32,000 nucleotides of DNA from Asticcacaulis excentricus CB 48 (lineage in GTDB: Bacteria; Pseudomonadota; Alphaproteobacteria; Caulobacterales; Caulobacteraceae), in contig NC_014816.1 of the NCBI RefSeq assembly GCF_000175215.2, positions 1,618,843-1,650,842 of the forward strand, written 5' to 3'. Position 1 is the first letter of the stretch; the number at the start of each line of letters is the position of its first letter. Both the position numbers and the translations under genes were made by a program. Below the pieces are notes generated by a model that was not told the DNA's origin, did not search any database, and saw nothing but the letters and a program-made list of their open reading frames with translations. Shown here in pieces: positions 23,449-32,000 of this stretch.

Positions 23449-24813
23449 TTAACCTTTCTTTTGGGCGGCTTTTTCCGCCGTCCTTCGTTCACGGAATGCC
23501 TTGGCCCATCCAGCCTTTTCGGTCTGCAGTGACCGCTCAAAGGCCAGTGCATCGGCCGGCACATCCTTCGTAATCACCGAACCCGACCCAGTAATGGCCC
23601 CGGCCCCCACCGTCACCGGCGCAACCAGCGAGGCGTTAGAGCCGACAAAGGCCCCTTCGCCGATCACCGTGCGGTGTTTGAAATATCCATCATAATTGCA
23701 GAAGATAGTGCCCGCACCGATATTGGCCTTCGCGCCGACCTCGCCATCGCCCAGATAGCTCAGGTGATTGGCCTTGGCCCCCTCACCGATCCTGACGTTC
23801 TTCACCTCGACGAAATTACCAATGTGCACGTCCTTGCCAATGTCGGCCCCAGGACGCAAACGGGCATAGGGACCGATCAGCGCCCCTTCGGCAACGCAGG
23901 CCCCCTCAAGGTGCGAAAAGGCCCGGATCACTGCCCCTGAGGCAACGCTCACACCTTCAGCAAAGACGACATTGGGCTCGACCACCACGCCCGGCGCGAT
24001 TTGTGTATCCCACGACAGGAAGACCGTCTCCGGCGCGGGCATCGTAACGCCATTCAGCATCAGCGTCTTGCGGCAGCGCGATTGCCAGATGGCTTCGGCA
24101 GCGGCCAGTTCGACCTGAGAATTAACGCCAGTGACGTCTTCTTCGCCGACGAAACAGACCTTCGGTTTCAGCCCGCGTGCTTTGGCTATACCCACCACAT
24201 CGGTCAGGTAATATTCTCCCTTGGCATTGTCGTTGCGCACTTCATCAAGCAGCGAAAACAGAGTGGCACGATCCGCCGCTAGCACTCCGGAATTGCAAGC
24301 GCGGATAGCCAGCTGTTGCGCCGTCGCCTCCTTGGCCTCGACAATGGCGCTGAGATTGTCCGCCCCTTCGATAACCAGACGGCCATAGGCCCCCGGATCG
24401 GCGGCCTCAAAACCCAGTACCGCCAGATCAGCCTTATCGGCCAGATCAAACACGGTCTTGAGCGTCTGCGTGTCAATCAGCGGGCAATCGGCATAGGAGA
24501 CCACGACCTGACCTTCGAAATCACTCAGCGCCACCTTGGCCGCCAGCACAGCGTGGCCAGTCCCCAGCGGCGGGTCCTGCACTACCACGTTATCGGCCCC
24601 CAGACGCTGACGCGCGCTGTCGCCCACCTGCGGCGAATGCGCCCCGACCACGACAACAATCCGCTCACAGTCAAGACCTTCGGCCGCGTCGATCGCCAGG
24701 TCCATCATGGCGCGCCCCGCTACCCGGTGCAGCACCTTGGGCAGAGGCGATTTCATGCGCGTGCCCTGCCCAGCCGCTAGAATGATAGCGGCGCGTTTGC
24801 GGTTTTGGCTCAT
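23449..24813 (-). CDS. glmU: Bifunctional UDP-N-acetylglucosamine pyrophosphorylase / glucosamine-1-phosphate N-acetyltransferase
   Basis: 454 aa. It has an N-terminal [21 protein letters not shown] motif and C-terminal left-handed beta-helix hexapeptide repeats. It ends 3 nt before the rpiA start. Confidence 0.95.
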   Translation of the reverse strand: MSQNRKRAAIILAAGQGTRMKSPLPKVLHRVAGRAMMDLAIDAAEGLDCERIVVVVGAHSPQVGDSARQRLGADNVVVQDPPLGTGHAVLAAKVALSDFEGQVVVSYADCPLIDTQTLKTVFDLADKADLAVLGFEAADPGAYGRLVIEGADNLSAIVEAKEATAQQLAIRACNSGVLAADRATLFSLLDEVRNDNAKGEYYLTDVVGIAKARGLKPKVCFVGEEDVTGVNSQVELAAAEAIWQSRCRKTLMLNGVTMPAPETVFLSWDTQIAPGVVVEPNVVFAEGVSVASGAVIRAFSHLEGACVAEGALIGPYARLRPGADIGKDVHIGNFVEVKNVRIGEGAKANHLSYLGDGEVGAKANIGAGTIFCNYDGYFKHRTVIGEGAFVGSNASLVAPVTVGAGAITGSGSVITKDVPADALAFERSLQTEKAGWAKAFRERRTAEKAAQKKG

Positions 24814-24904
24814 TGTCGTGATTCACCTGTTGCCGTTTGGCCCGATTTAGACCAAAGCACCGGCGAATTGAACGTCAAAAACATCGGCCGGAGCGATTTT
24901 GCCT

Positions 24905-25591
24905 ATGACGACCCTTCCCGACCTCAGCGGATTCGGTATCGCCTTCGATCTCGATGGCACGCTGGTGGAAACCGCGCCGGATATTATCGGCACGCTGAAC
25001 ACCATTCTGGCCGAATACGACGTGCCGCCCTTCCCCTACGAAGCCGCACGCAGTCTGGTTGGGCGCGGGGCGCGCTCATTAATACAGCGGGGCTTTGCGG
25101 CGGCCAATGTCCCTTTGAGCGAAGAGGCCGAACTGCCCATGGTCGGGCGCTTTCTCGACCTCTATCGTGAACGCATTGATCAGGAAAGCCACGCCTTTGC
25201 GGGGCTCGAGGGCGCTCTGGATCAACTGAGAGCCGCCGGTGCCCGATTGGCCGTCTGCACCAACAAGCCGACGGCACTGTCGGAACTACTGCTAACCAAA
25301 CTCGGTCTGATCGAGCGTTTCGGCTCGGTGCGCGGGGCGGATAGCGTGCCGCTCAAAAAACCCGATCGCGGTCACCTGAAGGCCTGCGCCGTCGACCTCG
25401 GCCTGCCGCTTGATAAAATGTTGCTAATCGGCGATTCCGAAACCGACTATCTGACGGCGCAAAACGCCGGCGTTCCTTGCGTGCTGGTTAGCTTTGGCTA
25501 TTGCGACACGCCAATGGAAGCGATGTCGCCTGCGGCCCTGATCGACCATTTCGACGAACTGCCCACAGCCATCGCCTCTATCCTTCGATAA
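24905..25591 (+). CDS. gph: HAD-superfamily phosphoglycolate phosphatase
   Basis: AFDLDGTLVETAPDI (HAD motif I with the Gph-like context), ...CTNKP... and ...LIGDSETDYLTAQNAG... The ATG at 24905 has GGAG 13 nt upstream. The listed TTG at 24899 is an alternative start. Confidence 0.8.
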   Translation: MTTLPDLSGFGIAFDLDGTLVETAPDIIGTLNTILAEYDVPPFPYEAARSLVGRGARSLIQRGFAAANVPLSEEAELPMVGRFLDLYRERIDQESHAFAGLEGALDQLRAAGARLAVCTNKPTALSELLLTKLGLIERFGSVRGADSVPLKKPDRGHLKACAVDLGLPLDKMLLIGDSETDYLTAQNAGVPCVLVSFGYCDTPMEAMSPAALIDHFDELPTAIASILR

Positions 25592-25646
25592 AAGGTCTTG
25601 TCAGGGCGGCGCGCAGCGACTAATAAGCCCGCTCCCAGCTTTGGAT

Positions 25647-25721
25647 GGACGCGTAGCTCAGCGGGAGAGCATTCGCTTCACACGCGAAGGGTCACAGGTT
25701 CAATCCCTGTCGCGTCCACCA
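25647..25721 (+). tRNA. tRNA-Val (anticodon CAC), CCA encoded
   Basis: I folded the cloverleaf by hand. The acceptor stem is GGACGCG/CGCGTCC, the D-stem GCTC/GAGC, the anticodon stem TTCGC/GCGAA with loop TT-CAC-AC, the variable loop GGGTC and the T-stem ACAGG/CCTGT with loop TTCAATC. The discriminator is A, followed by CCA. Confidence 0.93.
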
Positions 25722-25953
25722 TTCCCTCGTTTCGTCCGAAAAATCGAAATTGATCCTCGAGTTTACGCTCAGAGGTTTCGCCGCACCTTGTTCAAGATGG
25801 TCTTCACCCTCCCGGCACCGCACAGGTTGCGCTCCCGCTGGATCTCAAAAAGCACAGCGTTAGATCATCAACAAATTCTCGCAAGTCGTTTCGACCCTAC
25901 CCTAATCGCCGACGCCCGCTTGGGCCCTTTGATTTTCGTTTAAGTTGTTACAC

Positions 25954-27798
25954 TTACGCCCGCTTGGTCGCTTCGGCGCTGTCAGTCTCGTCGTCGGTCA
26001 GTATGCGTTCCAGTTCCTTCTGACTCAGGCGCGTGAAGTTTACCAGATCGGGCTCGGAGTCGAAAAACGCGAAGGATTTTCGCAGCGTCACAATGTCATG
26101 CTGCAAGAAGGCCTGCGCGCGGCGTTCGACCTGGGCTTTGGGCGCGCCCATGGTGATCAGGGCTTCACGCGCCACCGCCATCGACGAGTCTAGGGTTTCG
26201 CGGTGGTAGTAATCCACCCCCGCCCGGTCCAGCTCATAAGCGTGGCGGCGGTTACGCGCACGGGCAAACACCTTGAGATGCGGGAAATTTTCCTTGGCCA
26301 GTTGCACGATCTTCACCGCGCCTTCAGCATCATCAATGGCCACAATCAGCATCCGCGCCTGATCGGCCCCGGCACTACGCAGCACGTCAAGGCGCGTGGC
26401 GTCGCCGAAATAGGCGCGGTTGATACCGAAGCGTTGCAGAAGCTGGATCTGGTCCGGATTGTTCTCCAGAATGGTCACCATCACCCCCTGCGAGCGCAGA
26501 AAACGGCCAATGATCTGACCAAAGCGACCGAAACCGGCGATGATGACGCTGTTGCGTTCTTCGATAGGATCGGGCGCACGTTCCGGCAACAGCGACAGGA
26601 AGCGTGGCACAACGTAGCGGTTAAATAGCTCAAGACAGATGGGGGTGATGCCAATGGAAATGGCCACCACAAGCGTCAGAAACCGCCGCAGATCGGGCGT
26701 CAGAAGGCCTAACTGCCCCGACAACTGAAACAGCACAAAGGCGAACTCCCCACCCTGCGCCAGAGACAGGGCCAGACCCGATCCGGCGATGTTATCCATA
26801 CCGAACCGCCGCGCCAGAGCGTACAGAATCAAGCCCTTAATGGCCATCAGCCCGAAGACCGCCAGCATCAGCTGCACCGGTTGCGTGAGCAGACGATCGA
26901 CGTCCATGCCCATCCCGACCGAGATAAAGAATAGGCCGAGCAACAGCCCCTTGAACGGCTGAATGTCGGTTTCAATGGTAGTCTTATAGGGGGAGTTGGC
27001 CAGAACGACGCCGCCCAAAAACGCGCCCAATGCCGGCGACACGCCGACCAGTTGCATCAAAAGCGTCACCCCGACCACCAGCCCCAGCGAGGTTGCCGTG
27101 AACACTTCGCGCAGATTGGTGCGCGCAATACGCGGCAGGAAGTGGCGCGACAGAAGCTGCCCACCCGCAATGACCATGGCAATTGTGGACAGGCCCGCCA
27201 GCGCCTGCGCCCAGACCGGCAGGTTTTCCACTAGACTGGCCCCATGCGCTTCCGGGACCTGTCCACTACCGGCAGCCAGAAGCGGGATGATGATCAAGAT
27301 AGGAATAACGGCGATGTCCTGGAACAGTAGGACGGAGAAGGTCGTTTCGCCAACCTGGGTCTGCATCAGATGCTTTTCCTCTAGCATCTGAAGCACAAGC
27401 GCCGTGGATGACATGGAGAGCGCCATGCCGATGGCCAGCGCCGTTTCCCAACTCAGATTAAAACCGAACTTGCTTAGCGCCATGATCGCGCCCATCAGGG
27501 CCAGCGAGCACAGAACCACCTGAAGTCCTCCCATGCCGACAATGGTGCGGCGCAGCCGCCACAGCAGCGCGGGCTCAAGCTCAAGGCCGATGAGGAACAT
27601 CATCATCACCACGCCGAATTCGGCAAAATGCATGGTTGAGGTGACACGATCAATGAAGCCAAAGCCAGACGGTCCGATCAGGATGCCCGCGATTAGATAA
27701 CCCAGCACGGCCCCCAGCTTGAATCGTGCCGCCAGCGGCACGACCAGACAGGCCGCCGCCAGAAACACAAACACATTGAGCAGTAATCCCGTATCCAC
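25954..27798 (-). CDS. Glutathione-regulated K+-efflux / CPA2-family monovalent cation:proton antiporter with a C-terminal TrkA-N (RCK) domain
   Basis: The N-terminus ...LLLNVFVFLAAACLVVPLAARFKLGAVLGYLIAGILIGPSGFG is KefB/KefC-like. The RCK region reads VIIAGFGRFGQIIGRFLRSQGVMVTILENNPDQ. I prefer the GTG at 27798, by analogy with the KefC N-terminus. A TTG at 27813 is the alternative start. Confidence 0.88.
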   Translation of the reverse strand: MDTGLLLNVFVFLAAACLVVPLAARFKLGAVLGYLIAGILIGPSGFGFIDRVTSTMHFAEFGVVMMMFLIGLELEPALLWRLRRTIVGMGGLQVVLCSLALMGAIMALSKFGFNLSWETALAIGMALSMSSTALVLQMLEEKHLMQTQVGETTFSVLLFQDIAVIPILIIIPLLAAGSGQVPEAHGASLVENLPVWAQALAGLSTIAMVIAGGQLLSRHFLPRIARTNLREVFTATSLGLVVGVTLLMQLVGVSPALGAFLGGVVLANSPYKTTIETDIQPFKGLLLGLFFISVGMGMDVDRLLTQPVQLMLAVFGLMAIKGLILYALARRFGMDNIAGSGLALSLAQGGEFAFVLFQLSGQLGLLTPDLRRFLTLVVAISIGITPICLELFNRYVVPRFLSLLPERAPDPIEERNSVIIAGFGRFGQIIGRFLRSQGVMVTILENNPDQIQLLQRFGINRAYFGDATRLDVLRSAGADQARMLIVAIDDAEGAVKIVQLAKENFPHLKVFARARNRRHAYELDRAGVDYYHRETLDSSMAVAREALITMGAPKAQVERRAQAFLQHDIVTLRKSFAFFDSEPDLVNFTRLSQKELERILTDDETDSAEATKRA

Positions 27799-27892
27799 GC
27801 GCCGTCTCCGCAATCGTCGTCAGAAGATAGGGGCGTTCGGGGGGCTTTAACAATAGCTTGACTCGCAAAAAGGATTCCCGGGACCGCTGCGG

Positions 27893-27921
27893 TTGACAGG
27901 CCGCCGACGGTCGTCTCAACT
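27893..27921 (+). promoter_or_regulatory. Candidate sigma70-type promoter (TTGACA-N17-TCAACT) that would give a leaderless or near-leaderless transcript
   Basis: Read directly: TTGACA at 27893-27898, a 17-nt spacer, then TCAACT at 27916-27921. The ATG at 27928 lies 7 nt downstream of the -10 element and has no Shine-Dalgarno sequence. This is sequence pattern only. Confidence 0.25.
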
Positions 27922-27927
27922 GTCATT

Positions 27928-28743
27928 ATGAGTGACCCTTCGTCTTCGGACCTCTTCATCCTGACCGAACGTGGCGGACCGCTGGTTATCGCTGCACCAC
28001 ATGTCGGGACCTACCTGCCGCCGGACATTGCCGCCCGGCTAAACCCTGTGGGCCTGTCGGTGATGGAGACAGACTTCCACGTCCATCGGCTGTACGATTT
28101 TGCGGCAGAGATTGAGGCGACCACCCTGTTCGCCACCCATTCGCGCTATGTGGTCGATCTCAACCGCGATCCGCACTCCTCGCCTCTCTATCCGGGGATG
28201 TTTGAAACCGGCCTTTGTCCCCTGAGCGATTTCGACCGCAACCCCATCTATCTCGAAGGGCAGGAACCAAGCCTTGCCCAGACCGAACAGCGGCGTTTTC
28301 AGTACTGGTTCCCCTATCACGCCCGGCTGGAGGAGGTGCTGGAGGCGACGCGACAGCGTCACGGCTTTGCGCTTCTGATTGACGCGCATTCGATCCGTCC
28401 GTCCATCCCGCTACTGTTTGACGGTGCCCTGCCCGACCTCAGCTTCGGGTCCGACAGCGGACGCACCCTGCCGCCTGTAGTGATTGAAGCCCTGCAAAGC
28501 TGGATGCAGCGCACAAGCGACTGGACTAGCGTGCTGGATGGACGTTTCAAGGGCGGCTTCACCACGCGCGGTCACGGCCGCCCGGAAGATAAGATTTACG
28601 CGCTGCAAATTGAAATCGTACAGAGCTGCTATCTCGACATGGATGACCCCACCCGTTTCGACCCACAACGCGCCCGGCCTTTGTCGCAAACGCTGAAACC
28701 GTTGCTGGAGATCTTGATTTCGGCGGCGAAACAGGCCAAGTGA
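27928..28743 (+). CDS. N-formylglutamate amidohydrolase (FGase) family protein
   Basis: 271 aa. The sequence ...[16 protein letters not shown]..., ...VVDLNRD... and ...LLIDAHS... matches the FGase/HutG-family pattern. No hutU, hutH or hutI gene is nearby. Confidence 0.78.
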   Translation: MSDPSSSDLFILTERGGPLVIAAPHVGTYLPPDIAARLNPVGLSVMETDFHVHRLYDFAAEIEATTLFATHSRYVVDLNRDPHSSPLYPGMFETGLCPLSDFDRNPIYLEGQEPSLAQTEQRRFQYWFPYHARLEEVLEATRQRHGFALLIDAHSIRPSIPLLFDGALPDLSFGSDSGRTLPPVVIEALQSWMQRTSDWTSVLDGRFKGGFTTRGHGRPEDKIYALQIEIVQSCYLDMDDPTRFDPQRARPLSQTLKPLLEILISAAKQAK

Positions 28744-28777
28744 GCCGCAAAATTCCCAAGCTTCTCCGGAGAGCCTC

Positions 28778-29683
28778 ATGAGCGCGCGCGGCAATATTAT
28801 CGACGGCTTCGGCTATGCCAAAGGTCTGCGCGAACGCATCGCCGGGCGCGTAGCCACCTTGAAGGCCGAGCACGGCCTGACGCCTTGTCTGGTGGTGGTG
28901 ATCGTCGGCGAAGACCCGGCCAGCCAGATCTATGTGAAAAACAAGGGCGAGACGACGAAGGCCGTCGGCATGGAAAGCCGCACTATCGTTTTGCCGGCGG
29001 ACACGACCGAGGCCGATCTTCTGAAACTGATCGGTGAACTGAATGCTGACACCGGCGTCAACGGCATACTGGTGCAACTGCCCCTGCCGGCGCACATGTC
29101 ATCGCTTAAGGTCATAGACGCTATCGACCCGCTGAAGGATGTCGATGGCTTTCATGTGCAGAATGCCGGGCGTCTGGCGGTCGGCCTCGACGCCATTGTC
29201 CCTTGCACGCCGCTGGGCTCGCTGATGCTGCTGAAAGACGCGCTAAAGACACACGATGACGGCAATCTGTCGGGCCTCAATGCTGTGATCGTTGGGCGCT
29301 CCAACATCGTGGGGAAGCCGATGGCGCAGCTTCTGCTCAATGAAAACTGCACCGTGACGATCGCCCATTCGCGCACCGCGAACCTGCCGGACCTGTGCCG
29401 CACCGCCGATGTGCTGGTCGCCGCCGTGGGGCGTCCGAAGTTCATTCAGGGCGACTGGGTGAAGGACGGGGCCTATGTCATCGACGTCGGCATCAACCGC
29501 ATCGAGGTTGACGGCAAGAACAAGATCGTCGGCGATGTCGATTTCGACGCCGCCCTGCCGCGTGCTACGGCCATCACGCCCGTGCCGAAAGGCGTTGGTC
29601 CGATGACCATTGCCTGCCTGCTCAACAATACCCTGCAAGCTGCCTGCGTACAGCACGGCCTGCCCGTCCCCGGCGACCTGTAA
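28778..29683 (+). CDS. folD: Bifunctional methylenetetrahydrofolate dehydrogenase / methenyltetrahydrofolate cyclohydrolase
   Basis: 301 aa. It has [41 protein letters not shown] and [17 protein letters not shown] Shine-Dalgarno sequence lies upstream of the ATG at 28778. Confidence 0.95.
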   Translation: MSARGNIIDGFGYAKGLRERIAGRVATLKAEHGLTPCLVVVIVGEDPASQIYVKNKGETTKAVGMESRTIVLPADTTEADLLKLIGELNADTGVNGILVQLPLPAHMSSLKVIDAIDPLKDVDGFHVQNAGRLAVGLDAIVPCTPLGSLMLLKDALKTHDDGNLSGLNAVIVGRSNIVGKPMAQLLLNENCTVTIAHSRTANLPDLCRTADVLVAAVGRPKFIQGDWVKDGAYVIDVGINRIEVDGKNKIVGDVDFDAALPRATAITPVPKGVGPMTIACLLNNTLQAACVQHGLPVPGDL

Positions 29684-29686
29684 AAC

Positions 29687-30916
29687 ATGAGCGCGGGTGT
29701 CGTCATTATAGGGGCGGGGCACGCCGGCGGATCGGCGGCGGCCTTCCTGCGCCAGTACGGGTACGAAGGTCCGATCACCCTGATCGGGGATGAGCCGCAC
29801 CTGCCTTATCAGCGTCCGCCCCTGTCGAAGGCCTGGCTGAAAGGCGAGGCGTCAGGCGATGACCTCTATCTGCGGCCGCAAAACTTCTATGACGAAGCCA
29901 ATATCGCCGTTTGGCTGGAGCGCCGCGTCGTGGCCATCGACACGCAGCATAAGACGGTCACCATCGACGGCGAAACGATCGCCTATGAGCACCTGATCAT
30001 CGCCACCGGCTCAAAGGCGAGGCCTTTCGGCTGTCCGGGCACGGATGAAACGCCTTATCACCTGCTGCGCACCATCGTCGATGCCGAATGGCTCAAGCCG
30101 CACCTGAAGGCCGGGCAGCGCATCGGCCTGATCGGCGCGGGCTATGTGGGGCTGGAAGTCGCCGCCTCAGCACGCAAGCTCGGCAGTGCAGTGACGGTGT
30201 TTGAGCGCGAAAGCCGCATTCTGGCACGCGTCGCCTCGCCCGTCCTGTCCGACGCCTTTACGCACATCCACGGCGATAACGGCGTCACCCTGATCACCGG
30301 GGCGGAGGTGGTGCGCGTCAGCGCCGAAGGCGATTTGCGCTGCGTGCATATGGCCGACGACAGCGTGCATCGATTCGATGTGCTGCTGGTCGGTATTGGC
30401 GCGCTGCCCGCCGATGATCTGGCGCAAGCCGCTGGTATCGCGTGTGCAAACGGCATCGTCGTCAATCACGAAGCCCGAACCTCGGTCCCGGATGTGTTCG
30501 CCATCGGCGACGTGACCTCGCGCGAAGTCAAGCCGTGGTACGAGGGCCGCTATCGGCTGGAAAGCGTGCCGAGCGCACTGGAGCAAGCCAAGCAGGCCGC
30601 CGCCGCCATCACCGGCTTCAAGGCTCCACCGCCCGAAGTGCCGTGGTTCTGGTCTGATCAGTACGACTATAAGCTCCAGATCGCGGGCCTGATGCGCCCT
30701 GGTGCCAAACTGATCACGCGCGGCGATCCCATGACGGGGGCGTTCAGCGTGTTTCACCTGAACACCAATCAGCAGGTTATCTGTGTGGAAAGCGTCAACC
30801 GCCCAGCAGACTTTATGGCGGGCAAGCAGTTGATCCATAAGGCGGTGGCGGTCGAAGACAACGTCATCGCCGATGCGGAGTCCACACTGAAACCCTATTT
30901 GCAGGCTGCCCGCTAA
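29687..30916 (+). CDS. FAD/NAD(P)-dependent ferredoxin reductase (putidaredoxin/rubredoxin-reductase-like)
   Basis: 409 aa. VVIIGAGHAGGSAA (FAD GxGxxG), YQRPPLSK, IGLIGAGYVGLEVA (NAD GxGxxG), AIGDV and the C-terminal FWSDQYD (Reductase_C) are typical of this family. The gene starts 3 nt after the folD stop. Confidence 0.85.
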   Translation: MSAGVVIIGAGHAGGSAAAFLRQYGYEGPITLIGDEPHLPYQRPPLSKAWLKGEASGDDLYLRPQNFYDEANIAVWLERRVVAIDTQHKTVTIDGETIAYEHLIIATGSKARPFGCPGTDETPYHLLRTIVDAEWLKPHLKAGQRIGLIGAGYVGLEVAASARKLGSAVTVFERESRILARVASPVLSDAFTHIHGDNGVTLITGAEVVRVSAEGDLRCVHMADDSVHRFDVLLVGIGALPADDLAQAAGIACANGIVVNHEARTSVPDVFAIGDVTSREVKPWYEGRYRLESVPSALEQAKQAAAAITGFKAPPPEVPWFWSDQYDYKLQIAGLMRPGAKLITRGDPMTGAFSVFHLNTNQQVICVESVNRPADFMAGKQLIHKAVAVEDNVIADAESTLKPYLQAAR

Positions 30917-31001
30917 AACCTGCTGCGTTGCGGCAATTTAGGCATGACACAGGGCGGCGTTTCAGTCTAGCTTTCAACAGATACGCGAACGGGAGAGACC
31001 G

Positions 31002-31709
31002 ATGCCGTCGAAGATATATTCGGACGCGAAGAGTGCGCTGGAGGGGCTGACGTTTGACGGGATGACGGTGATGGCCGGGGGCTTTGGCCTTTGCGGTATC
31101 CCGGAGAACCTGATCGGAGCCCTGCGCGACACGGGCGTGACCGGGATCACCGCCATTTCCAACAATGCCGGGGTCGATGGCTTCGGGCTGGGGATGCTGC
31201 TCAATACGCGTCAGATCAAAAAGATGATCTCGTCCTATGTTGGCGAAAACAAGGAGTTCGAGCGGCAGTACCTGGCGGGCGAGCTGGAGCTGGAGTTCAA
31301 TCCGCAGGGCACCCTGGCGGAACGGATTCGGGCCGGCGGAGCCGGGATTCCGGGCTTCTATACCGCCACCGGCGTTGGCACGCTGGTTGCCGAAGGCAAG
31401 GAGCTGAAAGAGTTCAACGGGAAGACCTTTGTTCTTGAGACAGGATTGGTCGCCGACCTCTCCATCGTCAAGGCGTGGAAAGCCGATGAACGCGGCAATC
31501 TGATTTTCCGCAAGACGGCGCGCAATTTCAACCCGATGATGGCCACCGCCGGCAAGGTCTGCGTCGCCGAGGTCGAGGAGATCGTGCCGGTGGGGTCGCT
31601 CGATCCCGACTGCATCCATACGCCAGGCATATATGTCGATCGCCTGATCAAAGGCACGTTTGAAAAGCGGATCGAACAGCGCACCGTGCGTCAGAGACAA
31701 GGAGCCTGA
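31002..31709 (+). CDS. scoA: 3-oxoacid CoA-transferase, subunit A
   Basis: 235 aa. [38 protein letters not shown]... and ...[22 protein letters not shown]... are family I CoA-transferase A-subunit motifs. A GGGAGAG Shine-Dalgarno sequence lies upstream. Confidence 0.92.
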   Translation: MPSKIYSDAKSALEGLTFDGMTVMAGGFGLCGIPENLIGALRDTGVTGITAISNNAGVDGFGLGMLLNTRQIKKMISSYVGENKEFERQYLAGELELEFNPQGTLAERIRAGGAGIPGFYTATGVGTLVAEGKELKEFNGKTFVLETGLVADLSIVKAWKADERGNLIFRKTARNFNPMMATAGKVCVAEVEEIVPVGSLDPDCIHTPGIYVDRLIKGTFEKRIEQRTVRQRQGA

Positions 31710-31711
31710 TC

Positions 31712-32000
31712 ATGCCCTGGACACGTGACCAACTCGCTGAGCGCGCCGCTAAAGAACTTCAGGACGGTTTCTACGTCAATCTGGGCATTGGCATCCCGAC
31801 CCTGGTAGCCAACCACATCCCGCAGGGCATGACCGTCACCTTTCAGTCAGAAAACGGTATGCTGGGCATGGGCCCCTTCCCCTATGAGGATGAGGTCGAC
31901 CCCGACCTGATCAATGCGGGCAAGCAGACCATCACCGAACTGCCCGAAACAAGCTATTTCTCGTCGTCGGACTCGTTCGCCATGATCCGCGGCGGCCATA
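31712..32000 (+). CDS. scoB: 3-oxoacid CoA-transferase, subunit B (5' part; runs off the window)
   Basis: Hand translation from the ATG at 31712 gives [55 protein letters not shown]..., which contains the SENG catalytic-Glu motif. The gene starts 2 nt after the scoA stop. Confidence 0.9.
   Translation, partial: MPWTRDQLAERAAKELQDGFYVNLGIGIPTLVANHIPQGMTVTFQSENGMLGMGPFPYEDEVDPDLINAGKQTITELPETSYFSSSDSFAMIRGGH

Noticed and set aside
25641-25943. A 100-aa ORF beginning just upstream of tRNA-Val and running through it.
   Set aside because: It reads straight through a perfectly folding tRNA gene and continues into AT-rich spacer. It has no ribosome-binding site and no motifs, so it is spurious.
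25647-25953. tRNA-Val as the attachment site of a genomic island or prophage.
   Set aside because: There are no integrase, excisionase or phage genes on either side, and I could find no direct repeat of the tRNA 3' end. The downstream gene is a core antiporter. I kept only a low-interest note about the spacer.
27928-28743. The FGase/HutG-like gene as evidence for a histidine-utilisation (hut) operon.
   Set aside because: No hutH, hutU, hutI, hutF or hutC gene is present. The neighbours are folD and an antiporter. Stand-alone FGase-family genes are common, so no hut pathway is claimed.

Overview
This 32 kb window, roughly 60% G+C by eye, reads as a conserved core-chromosome segment of an alphaproteobacterium. 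Gene content fits a Caulobacterales-like organism, but that placement is inference only. I can support 32 protein-coding genes (two truncated by the window edges), one tRNA-Val(CAC), one clear intrinsic terminator and one 27-bp tandem duplication.

Most genes are recognisable housekeeping functions:
- Metabolic and repair genes: panC, xthA, class II DAHP synthase, gor, rpiA, glmU, gph, folD, scoA/scoB and sfsA.
- Membrane and transport genes: a KefB/C-type antiporter, a MATE exporter, ynfA and NnrU.

I see no rRNA, CRISPR array, transposase, integrase, prophage genes, toxin-antitoxin pair or known defence module. I also cannot point to a convincing multi-gene novel system.

The parts not explained by ordinary annotation are modest single- or two-gene oddities:
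1. A tandem pair of diverged paralogues (9628-11026), each a membrane anchor plus a roughly 95-aa PH-like module. They lie just upstream of NnrU and I cannot assign them to a named family.
2. A cyclic-nucleotide-binding/patatin fusion whose phosphate-binding cassette has His where the ligand-binding Arg is expected. It also carries an unassigned middle module of about 170 aa.
3. A compositionally deviant ORFan (about 53% G+C by hand count) wedged between an orphan chemoreceptor and the MATE gene.
4. A short, flippase-less MprF homologue.
5. A conserved 299-aa protein of unknown function upstream of ynfA.

All family calls come from motif recognition by eye on the supplied translations. No searches were run.
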